Of a DNA stretch of 29,968 nt, positions 17,994 to 26,327 are shown in pieces. The notes below the pieces were generated by a model. That model did not search any database. It was not told the DNA's origin and saw only the letters and a list, made by a program, of their open reading frames with translations. Made by a program: the position numbers and the translations under genes. This stretch comes from Calditrichia bacterium (GTDB lineage: Bacteria; Calditrichota; Calditrichia; RBG-13-44-9): the NCBI GenBank assembly GCA_037381445.1, contig JARRQT010000005.1, positions 1-29,968 on the forward strand. The letters run 5' to 3'. Each line of letters begins with the position of its first letter. Positions within the stretch are counted from its first letter, which is position 1.

Positions 17994-18422
17994 TTATGAT
18001 GCCCCTTTGATTCTTTCTTCATAGAACCTGTGGAAATCCCGCCGTATTTCATCCCTTATCCGGCGGAATACAGAAAGTATTTCTTCTTCCGATCCTTCCG
18101 CTTCGGCCGGATCTTCAAATCCCATGTGCAGCCGCTCTCTGACCCTTCCGGTGAAAACCGGACAGGTCTCGCGGGCATTGTCACATACCGTAATGACGAA
18201 ATCAAACGATTCATTCACAAACCGGTCAACACTTTTTGGGTAACCGGCGGAAATGTCGATTCCCGCTTCCCGCATAACCTGCACCGCCCTGGGATGAATC
18301 GCTGCCGAATGATGAGTCCCGGCAGAATACACCTGCAATCTATCATCAAATGATTTCAGAAATCCTTCCGCCATCTGGCTGCGACAGGAATTTCCGGTGC
18401 ATAAAATCAGGATTCGCATCAT
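17994..18422 (-). CDS. arsC: Thioredoxin-coupled arsenate reductase (LMW-PTPase fold)
   Basis: LCTGNSCRSQMAEG P-loop, ITVCDNARETCP resolving Cys pair, FEDPA. Confidence 0.95.
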   Translation of the reverse strand: MMRILILCTGNSCRSQMAEGFLKSFDDRLQVYSAGTHHSAAIHPRAVQVMREAGIDISAGYPKSVDRFVNESFDFVITVCDNARETCPVFTGRVRERLHMGFEDPAEAEGSEEEILSVFRRIRDEIRRDFHRFYEERIKGAS

Positions 18423-18601
18423 CGCATTTTCTCCGTTTTATGTATCAGAGATTGAAATGATGGAGCACTAGAGTATTTGGATTTCACCATCTGTAACAAT
18501 TCGTCATGCAACAACCTGGTTTCACCGCTCAAAAACTCCATTTCACCACCAATCTTTCTTTCCATACTAAGGTTTGCCCTGTTTTTCTTTTTGTTCATCA
18601 T
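18419..18601 (-). CDS. 60-aa hypothetical ORF or gene remnant, translationally coupled at both ends
   Basis: Its ATG overlaps the permease TGA (TGATG) and its TGA overlaps the arsC ATG (ATGA). Confidence 0.45.
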   Translation of the reverse strand: MMNKKKNRANLSMERKIGGEMEFLSGETRLLHDELLQMVKSKYSSAPSFQSLIHKTEKMR

Positions 18602-19902
18602 CAGAACCATTTCCCGAAAATCAATCCGCTGGCGGTCGCCATCACCACCACCAAGGAGACAAATACCACTGTCTTCCGGGTCCCCATCACGCTGCGGATC
18701 ACAAGCATATTGGGCAGGCTCAGTGCCGGCCCTGCCAGTAAAAGCGCCAGAGCAGGCCCTTTTCCCATCCCGCCGGCCAGGAGTCCCTGCAGAATGGGCA
18801 CCTCGGTTAAGGTGGCAAAATACATAAATGCACCTACCACCGAAGCGAAAAAATTGGAAAAGAATGAATTTCCTCCCACCAGCACGGTTATCCAGTTATT
18901 AGGGATGATACCATTTCCACCGTCCGGCGCACCCAGAAAAAAACCGGCCACCAGCACACCGGCACCCAGCAGCGGCAGGATCTGTTTCGTGAAGCCCCAG
19001 GTGGAACTCATCCATTCCTGCGGTTCGCCCGTTGAGGCGGAAAGCAGCACAATCAGAATAACGATTGCCGCCGAGAATGTGACCGCCGGTGTATGGGGGA
19101 ACAGCAATGCCAGCAACAGGACGGGTATCGCAGAAAAAATGACACGCAGGGGCTTTATCTTCAATATGGTCACCAGAGAAACAGCCAGCAGGAGCCCGAA
19201 GAAAGCAACCAGCCACCATTTGGCCGAATAGATCAGGTACCAAAATCCCGAACTGCTGTCCGGTTTTCCCCAGGTCGCAAAGATGAGAATGGCCACCAAA
19301 ATGAAGAAATGAAATGCAGTCTGCCAGATCGGGCGCCCCTCATCGGAACCGGGCATGGAAAGTTGTGCTGCGGCCTTTTCGGTTTCTTCCTTTCGGTAGA
19401 TAAAATGCATGATCAACCCGATAATCACGCTGAAGGATACCGCACCCACTACCCGGGCAATACCCAGTTCCAGTCCCAGGATGCGGGCGGTGAGAATGAT
19501 AGCCAGTATGTTTATGGCCGGACCGGAATACAGGAATGCAATGGCGGGACCCAGGCCGGCGCCTCGTTTGTGGATGCCGGCAAACAGCGGCAGCACCGTA
19601 CAGGAGCACACCGCCAGAATGCTTCCCGAAACGGCCGCAATCGCATAAGAAACCCATTTAGCCGTCTGGGCGCCGAAATATTTTATTACCGCCGCCTGAC
19701 TAATGAACACCGCAATAGTCCCCGCGATAAAAAAGGCCGGTATCAGGCAAAACAGCACATGCTCCTGCGCATACCATTTGGCAAGATGGAAGGCATCCAG
19801 AAGCGCGCCGGAAAATTGCCCGTTTTCAAGCGGCATGTAATAGGCAAAAAGAAAAAATCCGATAATCCACAGAAAAGGTTTGTACTCTTGTTTCCAGTTC
19901 AT
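18601..19902 (-). CDS. arsP: ArsP/DUF318-family permease
   Basis: AVCSCTVLPLF, AFLYSGPAIN, FMYFATLTEVP, LLLAGPALSLP; multi-TM; lies between arsR and arsC. Confidence 0.85.
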   Translation of the reverse strand: MNWKQEYKPFLWIIGFFLFAYYMPLENGQFSGALLDAFHLAKWYAQEHVLFCLIPAFFIAGTIAVFISQAAVIKYFGAQTAKWVSYAIAAVSGSILAVCSCTVLPLFAGIHKRGAGLGPAIAFLYSGPAINILAIILTARILGLELGIARVVGAVSFSVIIGLIMHFIYRKEETEKAAAQLSMPGSDEGRPIWQTAFHFFILVAILIFATWGKPDSSSGFWYLIYSAKWWLVAFFGLLLAVSLVTILKIKPLRVIFSAIPVLLLALLFPHTPAVTFSAAIVILIVLLSASTGEPQEWMSSTWGFTKQILPLLGAGVLVAGFFLGAPDGGNGIIPNNWITVLVGGNSFFSNFFASVVGAFMYFATLTEVPILQGLLAGGMGKGPALALLLAGPALSLPNMLVIRSVMGTRKTVVFVSLVVVMATASGLIFGKWF

Positions 19903-20021
19903 TGAAATCTTTCAGATCCTCATTTTCCCGCGAAAATATTTCGCAAAATGTAGTTTAATTCAAATTTTCATGTATCACAGAGATTGTCACTGCAGAGCCG
20001 GCAATTTTCGTAAAATGCGAA

Positions 20022-20366
20022 TCAGGCCCCGCAGATCATGTTGCGGTCCACTTCTCTGACCTTTGCCAGATCCGCATTCACCACGGCATCATCGGGAAGC
20101 CAGCCGGCGAGCAGGGGCAGCAGTTCTTTTATGTAATTGCCAGAGGATTTCGAATCCAGCCGGTAGTTGACCCACTTTCCCTCTTTTTCATCGATGATAA
20201 AACCAGCGTCCCTCAGAATGGAAAGATGTTTGGAAACGGTCGATGATGCCAGGCTCAGAACATCGGTAATCTCGCACACGCACATGGGCCGGACTTGCAG
20301 CATTTTCAGTATCCGGACGCGGTTGGTATCGGATAAAGCCTTAAATATTTTGACCAGTTGTCTCAT
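20022..20366 (-). CDS. arsR: ArsR/SmtB metalloregulator
   Basis: FKALSDTNRVRIL, MCVCEI As-binding motif, STVSKHLSILRDAG, EGKWVNY. Start placed at ATG 20366. Confidence 0.93.
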   Translation of the reverse strand: MRQLVKIFKALSDTNRVRILKMLQVRPMCVCEITDVLSLASSTVSKHLSILRDAGFIIDEKEGKWVNYRLDSKSSGNYIKELLPLLAGWLPDDAVVNADLAKVREVDRNMICGA

Positions 20367-20382
20367 AATTTGCACTCTTATC

Positions 20383-20402
20383 ATTTCGTTATATGGCGAA
20401 AT
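20383..20402. promoter_or_regulatory. Candidate ArsR operator
   Basis: Imperfect palindrome ATTTCG-TTATATGG-CGAAAT 16 nt upstream of the arsR start; autoregulation is typical of ArsR. Confidence 0.65.
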
Positions 20403-20585
20403 ATAATATCGGTTTATTGAATATAAAACCTGTTTATTTTTTTGATTCCTTCCTGCGATGCTTCCTGAACCCACGGTGGTTCCATCTGTGAAGCAGGAAA
20501 TAATCCCTGCCGGAAGGTAACAAAGCCGGACAGGCCTCGTATATCACCCCGTACTGAAGAGACAAAACAAGGCATTCCCGGGAGC

Positions 20586-23321
20586 GTGATGCGAACCGAT
20601 AAAACCCAAACCATTTACCTCGTCGCAGCAATCCTGATATGCATGCTGATCCGGGTCCCCGGCCTCATGGCACTTGATCCGTCCATGGAAATCCCGGATT
20701 ATGTTGTGCGCTCGTGGCACATGCCGCAAAATACCGTGAATACAATCTTGCAGACAAAGGATGGATATATCTGGATGGGCACTCCTTCCGGACTGCTCCG
20801 TTTCGATGGGATCCGGTTCAGACTCTTTTCACATGTTAATACGCCGGCATTAGGTAATGACCGGATACAGGCGCTGCATGAAGACCTGTACGGACGGCTC
20901 TGGGTCGGAACGGACGGCGGCGGTCTGACCTGCCGCCAAAATGCTGAATGGAAAACCTATACTACAAAAGACGGTTTGAGCAACGATCATATCCGGGCCA
21001 TTACCAGCGACCGGCAGGGATATGTCTGGATTGGGACGGATTACGGGCTTAACCGGTTCGGTCCGGAGGGCTTCGTAAGTTTCACCAATCGGGACGGCCT
21101 CTCCGACAATATTATCACTTCGCTGGCCATCGATTCCACGGGCACGGTCTGGGCCGGCACCCTGCGAGGCGGTCTGGCCAGTATCCGGGAGGAAGTGATT
21201 CAGGTATTCGACTATGACGACGGGCTCACTGATCCGGCGGTCATCACGGTCGCCTCCGATCATTTTGGGAATATCTGGATCGGGACCCTGAACGGATTGT
21301 ATACGCTGCAATCTGATCAAAAACGGATTACCCGCATTCCCGGCACCGACTATACCCCCATTTCCTGTATTCTGGAGGATTCCCGGAAAACAATGTGGAT
21401 CGGCACCATGGCGGACGGTCTGAAACGGATGGCAAACGGGCGAATGAGCGGACCGCTGCGAAAAAGCGGATATCCCGCAGAAAATATCCGCTGCCTGCTG
21501 GCTGACAATGGCGGAAATCTATGGCTGGGAACCGAAGCGGCAGGCCTGATGCAATTGAAAAATCCGTTGGTCAGAAACATTACTCGCCAAAATGGATTGC
21601 CGGAAGCGCCGGTCAGCGCGGTGCTGGAGGATTCTCCGGGACATTTCTGGGTCGGTACGCGGAACAGCGGTCTCTGCCTTATCAAAAACGACCGGGTGCA
21701 GCAGGTAATCAATACTGGCACCGGCCTAACTAGCAACCGCATTACCGCCTTGTATTCGGACGTCCCGGGAGATTTATGGATAGGAACGCGGGACGGGGGA
21801 CTCAATCACTTGAAAGGAAAACATATTTCTTCCTTCACGATGAAACAGGGTCTGGCATCCGATTATATAACCTGCCTGTTGAAAGATGGACAGGGAATAT
21901 GGTGGATCGGAACGGATAACGGCCTCAACCGCATGGCGCCTCCTCAGCAGAAAGTCAATCCCCGGATCATGCTGGCTCAAAATCATATTCGATGCCTGCG
22001 GGAAACTCCCGACGGATCAATTTTCGCCGGCACACGAGCTGGCGCATACCAACTGAAGGAGGGCATCTTCCGCCCGCTTCTTTCTCCGCAAGAAAACAGT
22101 TCCATTGACGCCCTTTCAATTTATGCGGAGTCGGACAGCACGCTTTTGATCGGCACCAACGGCGGCGGTTTAATTCTATTTCGGCGGGGAAAAACCATTC
22201 GCTTAACAACTTCTGAAGGGTTGCCCGACAACCACATTTTCAGTATCGCTGCTGACGGCAAAGACAACCTGTGGATGAGCTCCGACCAGGGTGTGTTCAA
22301 ATTGCCGTGGAAGTCTTTGTTATCACTGATCGATACTTCGGGAGTGTTTCTCCTGCCGGTCTGTTTTGATGAAAGTGACGGCATGGTCAGCGGCAATTGC
22401 AGCAGTGATGGGCAGCCGGCGGTGTGGAAATCAGTTGATGGATTGCTTTACTATCCCACGGCGCGGGGAGTCTCGGTATTCAATCCCCCAAAAATCCCTG
22501 CCGATAGAACTGTTCCCCGGATCAATATCGAATCAATGCAAGCGGATGGGAATGCCATCAATACCGCAGGCACGATTGAGCTGCCCTATCCGTGCAGCCG
22601 GCTGATTTTCCATTTCACGGCACTGGATTTTTCGAATCCCCAAAAAATCCGGTTCAGATACAAGCTGGAGGGCAAAGATACACAGTGGATAAACCATCCG
22701 CCAAATCAGGAGCGCACTGCCGAATATTTACATCTCTCACCGGGAAAATACCGATTTGTGGTACTGGCAGCCAGCAACGGCGGCACTTGGAATGAAAGCC
22801 GCAGCGAAATTTCGTTCGCAGTACAGCGGCCATTTTACCGCACCGCCCTCTTCTGGATTCTTTCAATATTTAGTGTTCTGGGATTGACCGGGATCGGTAT
22901 CCGGAACAGACGCCGGAAAGCGCGCAGAAAAATGGCTGAGAAATACAAGACATCCGCGCTGAATCCGGAGCGGGTTGAAGAAATAATTCCCCGCCTGGTA
23001 AACCTGATGGAAAATGACAAGTTGTATCTAAATCCCAATCTGACGTTGAAGGACCTCTCCGCAAAACTGAGGATTCATTACAATCACCTCTCGCAGATTA
23101 TCAATGAGCGCTTCGGGATGAGTTACAATGATTTCATTAACCGTTACCGCATCTCCGAAGTCCGGAGAGTGCTGGAATCTCCGGCCTCCAACGGGAAGAC
23201 CATCCTGGAGATCATGTACGACACCGGATTCTATTCTAAATCCGTTTTCAACACCGCTTTTAAGAAGTTCACGGGGATGACACCTTCGGAATACAAAAAG
23301 AACCACTCAATTCAGGTCTGA
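20586..23321 (+). CDS. Membrane-spanning sensor-regulator: Reg_prop beta-propellers, Y_Y_Y domain, TM helix, AraC HTH
   Basis: Signal peptide; many D..G.(L/I)W(I/V)GT..GL blades; FRYKLEG...W...AEY.HLSPGKYRF (Y_Y_Y); TM near 22842-22900 followed by a basic stop-transfer stretch; LYLNPNLTL...FNTAFKKFTGMTPSEYK (AraC). Start GTG 20586 or ATG 20589. Confidence 0.92.
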   Translation: MMRTDKTQTIYLVAAILICMLIRVPGLMALDPSMEIPDYVVRSWHMPQNTVNTILQTKDGYIWMGTPSGLLRFDGIRFRLFSHVNTPALGNDRIQALHEDLYGRLWVGTDGGGLTCRQNAEWKTYTTKDGLSNDHIRAITSDRQGYVWIGTDYGLNRFGPEGFVSFTNRDGLSDNIITSLAIDSTGTVWAGTLRGGLASIREEVIQVFDYDDGLTDPAVITVASDHFGNIWIGTLNGLYTLQSDQKRITRIPGTDYTPISCILEDSRKTMWIGTMADGLKRMANGRMSGPLRKSGYPAENIRCLLADNGGNLWLGTEAAGLMQLKNPLVRNITRQNGLPEAPVSAVLEDSPGHFWVGTRNSGLCLIKNDRVQQVINTGTGLTSNRITALYSDVPGDLWIGTRDGGLNHLKGKHISSFTMKQGLASDYITCLLKDGQGIWWIGTDNGLNRMAPPQQKVNPRIMLAQNHIRCLRETPDGSIFAGTRAGAYQLKEGIFRPLLSPQENSSIDALSIYAESDSTLLIGTNGGGLILFRRGKTIRLTTSEGLPDNHIFSIAADGKDNLWMSSDQGVFKLPWKSLLSLIDTSGVFLLPVCFDESDGMVSGNCSSDGQPAVWKSVDGLLYYPTARGVSVFNPPKIPADRTVPRINIESMQADGNAINTAGTIELPYPCSRLIFHFTALDFSNPQKIRFRYKLEGKDTQWINHPPNQERTAEYLHLSPGKYRFVVLAASNGGTWNESRSEISFAVQRPFYRTALFWILSIFSVLGLTGIGIRNRRRKARRKMAEKYKTSALNPERVEEIIPRLVNLMENDKLYLNPNLTLKDLSAKLRIHYNHLSQIINERFGMSYNDFINRYRISEVRRVLESPASNGKTILEIMYDTGFYSKSVFNTAFKKFTGMTPSEYKKNHSIQV

Positions 23322-23497
23322 GGATTGGTTGCAGGATTTGCAGAAAATTGCCATCGGTGGATTCTTCTTTGTAACAATGCTGACCCAAATCATTTCTCGT
23401 ATGATTTGTCCACCCATGCTGCTTGTGATCCTTTCCAAATTTTCAATCCAGTTTTTCTTCTGCAACACTCCTGTTTGGTTGTCGGAAGGTCGAATAC

Positions 23498-23550
23498 GAG
23501 GTTCGGTATTGAAATATCGTACAAAAGAGAGGTTCTATATTACAATACCG
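23498..23550 (+). promoter_or_regulatory. Tandem direct repeat, candidate AraC-type operator
   Basis: GAGGTTCGGTATTGAAATATCG (23498) and GAGGTTCTATATTACAATACCG (23529): 17/22 identical, 31-bp period; TGnTATTAT extended -10 at 23611-23619. Confidence 0.6.
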
Positions 23551-23671
23551 GGCGACAGGCCCGCCGCCAAAATTGTATATTATCAGCGAAAGAAGTTTTT
23601 GTGATAGTCATGATATTATTATTTATTGGGAATACAAAATCACTTAAAAATCAAAACGAAGGAGCAAAAAA

Positions 23672-24631
23672 ATGAAGTCACGTCTGTTAAGTATTACAAT
23701 GGCCGCAGCGCTTTTTCTGGGAATGGGATCGCTGAAAGCCTTCGACAACGGGAAAATATCCAAAACCTTCCCGGCCAAACCTAAATTGTATGTCAAAACC
23801 GTAAGCGGTGACTGCATCATAAAACAGGGCGCAGCGGACAAGATTTCGGTGGAAGTCGTCTCGGATGTGAAGCCGCAGAGCGCTTTTTCACCGCGCTTTG
23901 ACGAGCAGAGTGACCGTTTGAAACTTTCCGAGGACTGGACCGGCAGTTCCAGCGGTTCAGTCACCTGGACGATTACCATCCCAAAAGGCACCGAGGTGGA
24001 ATTTTCCACGGCTTCTGGTGATTTTTCCGGCGAAGGCCTGGAAAACAACATCGAAAGCAGCAGTGCCTCCGGCGATGTCACGCTGCAAAACAGCAAAGGC
24101 AAGGTCGATATTTCCACGGCCAGCGGCGATGTGGAAATCACCAATTCCAATGGCGAGTTGGATATTTCTACGGCCAGCGGTGACGTCAGCGGCAGCGAAA
24201 TTCAGGGAACGGTTGAGATAAAAACCGCTTCCGGCGATATCGATCTGAAAGATTCAAAAGCGTCCGTGGAATTGAAGTGCGCCAGCGGGGATATCGATGT
24301 TTCCAATCTGATCATGGAATCTTCCGCCACCGTCTCCACCGCATCCGGAGATGTGGAAATCGGCCTCGCTCAAAGCCCCACATCGGATTTAACCCTCTCT
24401 TCTGCTTCCGGTGACATTGAACTGGACTATAACGGCAATCCGGTGAAAGGCACCTTTATTTTCACCGCCCGCAAAGATCACGGCAGAATTCAGGCTCCCT
24501 TTTCATTCGATCATGAGGAAGAGTTTGAACAGAATGGAAAAACCTATGTAAAGAAATCCTTTACCCGGAACACCGATAAACCCGTGATCACCCTGGAGAC
24601 CGCCACCGGAACCATAAAATTGAATAAGTAA
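23672..24631 (+). CDS. Exported DUF4097-family beta-strand repeat protein
   Basis: AAGGAG RBS, signal peptide, eight ASGD repeats at roughly 19-aa period. Confidence 0.88.
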   Translation: MKSRLLSITMAAALFLGMGSLKAFDNGKISKTFPAKPKLYVKTVSGDCIIKQGAADKISVEVVSDVKPQSAFSPRFDEQSDRLKLSEDWTGSSSGSVTWTITIPKGTEVEFSTASGDFSGEGLENNIESSSASGDVTLQNSKGKVDISTASGDVEITNSNGELDISTASGDVSGSEIQGTVEIKTASGDIDLKDSKASVELKCASGDIDVSNLIMESSATVSTASGDVEIGLAQSPTSDLTLSSASGDIELDYNGNPVKGTFIFTARKDHGRIQAPFSFDHEEEFEQNGKTYVKKSFTRNTDKPVITLETATGTIKLNK

Positions 24632-24698
24632 AATTCTATTATTTTAAGACCTCGCGTTTTCAATCAGATGAACCATAACCAGGTTAAGGAGCAGAAAA

Positions 24699-25607
24699 AT
24701 GAAAAGAATAAAAACAGGCATCCTGCCGGCACTGTGTCTCGGCCTGCTGCTCTCGATCCCCGCTTTTGGGGCGAAGCAGGAGACCGTCAGCAAGACCTTC
24801 CCGATGAAGAAGAATATCCGGCTCAAACTGGCACTCGGCAATTGCACGATAGAAAAGAGCAGCGACAATCAAATTCACGTCCGACTCAACTACGACTATG
24901 AGAAGGGCACATTTGAACCGGTGTTCAAAGAAACCGACAACGCACTGGTCCTGGAAGAAAAATTCAGCGGTCAAAACCACCACGGATCATCCGATTGGAC
25001 GGTTGCTGTTCCGGGGGAGGCCGATATTGAGATTTCAAGCGGGACAGGCGATATCACAATCAAAGATGTGGCTGCAGAAATCGAAGCCAATTCCGGTACC
25101 GGGGATATCGAACTCACCAGCACAAAAGGAAAATATGACCTGAACAGCGGGACCGGCCGAGTGACAGCCGAAAATGCCGAGGGAAAATTCAAATTAAATT
25201 CCGGCACCGGAAAGGTCATCGTCCGGAATTGCAGCGGCGATTTTGACGCAAACAGCGGCACCGGAACAGTGGAAGCCTCCCGGATCAAACTGGACAACGA
25301 GGGCAAGTTCAATTCCGGCACCGGTGAAGTGGAAGTGGATGCGCCGCAGGGGAAGGAATTCGATCTCCACATCAGTTCGGGGACCAATGATGCGATTCTG
25401 GACATGAAGGGTGAACCGCTGCAAGGCTATTTTGAATTCACCGCACATGCCCGGATAGGCCAGATTGTCTCCCCTGAAAAATTCGACAATGAAGGTGAGT
25501 ACTCAGAGAACAGCAGCGACTATCTGAAAAAATCGTTTACCCGGGGAAAAGACACACCCCGATACTATATCAGCACCGGCACCGGCAAGGCAATTCTGAA
25601 GAAATAA
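24699..25607 (+). CDS. Exported DUF4097-family beta-strand repeat protein (paralog 2)
   Basis: AAGGAG RBS, signal peptide, seven (N/S)SGT repeats; shares SKTFP, WT, FTA and Y.KKSFTR with the upstream paralog. Confidence 0.86.
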   Translation: MKRIKTGILPALCLGLLLSIPAFGAKQETVSKTFPMKKNIRLKLALGNCTIEKSSDNQIHVRLNYDYEKGTFEPVFKETDNALVLEEKFSGQNHHGSSDWTVAVPGEADIEISSGTGDITIKDVAAEIEANSGTGDIELTSTKGKYDLNSGTGRVTAENAEGKFKLNSGTGKVIVRNCSGDFDANSGTGTVEASRIKLDNEGKFNSGTGEVEVDAPQGKEFDLHISSGTNDAILDMKGEPLQGYFEFTAHARIGQIVSPEKFDNEGEYSENSSDYLKKSFTRGKDTPRYYISTGTGKAILKK

Positions 25608-25644
25608 CGGATGAATATAATTTTCCGAGATCAAAAATCATATT

Positions 25645-25693
25645 TCCTCCCCGGAAAATGAATTTGTTGAATTCATATCGGGGAGGATTTTTT
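25645..25693 (+). terminator. Rho-independent terminator after the DUF4097 pair
   Basis: TCCTCCCCG/CGGGGAGGA stem with inner ATGAATT/AATTCAT pairing, then TTTTTT. Confidence 0.75.
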
Positions 25694-25702
25694 GTTTTCC
25701 CT

Positions 25703-25798
25703 GACTGCATGGGCAAACAGGTTTCCAACGGCGTCTATTTCTATGAAATAAAAGCCGGGCAGGAGAAGTTTGTTGGCAAAATGAGCCTGATAAAATAG
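25703..25798 (+). pseudogene. Orphan 3' end of a T9SS type-A CTD / FlgD-Ig-tailed protein gene
   Basis: Translates DCMGKQVSNGVYFYEIKAGQEKFVGKMSLIK*, matching the D..G..V.SGVYFY.L.AG......KM.L.K tail. No CTD-like sequence lies upstream of 25703. Confidence 0.8.
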
Positions 25799-26191
25799 AT
25801 AGTCGGTTGGAATTAATTTCTAAACCGGTTCCGCGCAAATCCCGTTTCCCAGCCCGGTGGCGCAATATTGATGACCATATTCCGGCGTACCGCAAGCAAA
25901 ATTTCTGACTGCTCTTTTTTGAAAGAAAAAGAACGTCTCGATTGGGCTGGTTCCGGATTTATCCCCCCCATCCGGGCAATGCCTCCTTACCTTTTATTCC
26001 ATTATTTTTGCGAATTCCCTCTTTCTCAAAAATTGCATTCCATTTTCCGGCTGATCCCCGCTACCGGTTCATGATTTCTTCATATTCAAATGATAAATAT
26101 ATATTCGGAGCACAAGACTGCATCACTTAATAGTGTAAGGTAATATATGGAACTGATTTTTATCACTGCCCCAAAACAAGAGAACAGTATC

Positions 26192-26200
26192 TGTTATAAT
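26192..26200 (+). promoter_or_regulatory. Extended -10 promoter candidate for glgX-glgP
   Basis: TGtTATAAT about 130 nt upstream of the glgX ATG; no good -35. Confidence 0.45.
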
Positions 26201-26327
26201 ACAAGATTTTTTCTAAGAGTTTGTAAGTGTCGGGCAGATAATGCGGCCTCCCAAAATTGCTTGGCATAGCTCAAAACTGCCGTGACACAATCGTAAAGGG
26301 ATATTATTCACGTAAAGGAACGCATCC

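Noticed and set aside
12117..19902. Selenocysteine recoding in the redox genes
   Set aside because: All expected Cys ligands are encoded as Cys, and no in-frame TGA interrupts these ORFs.
19093..19905. 270-aa plus-strand ORF and other long antisense ORFs (e.g. 18506-19231, 15193-15807, 1802-2320)
   Set aside because: They overlap well-supported genes on the opposite strand, as expected from codon bias.
19921..19950. Hairpin CATTTT..GCGAAA-ATA-TTTCGC..AAAATG between arsR and the permease
   Set aside because: Weak, bulged stem with no U-tract; no function can be assigned.
20459..20496. Possible structured RNA (TGCTTC/GAAGCA, GAACC/GGTTC) in the arsR-sensor divergent region
   Set aside because: Short stems with no match to any riboswitch consensus I recognise.
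25711..25740. GGGCAAAC resembling the start of a c-di-GMP-I riboswitch
   Set aside because: No GNRA hairpin or GACGCAAAG follows; the sequence is better explained as CTD coding remnant.
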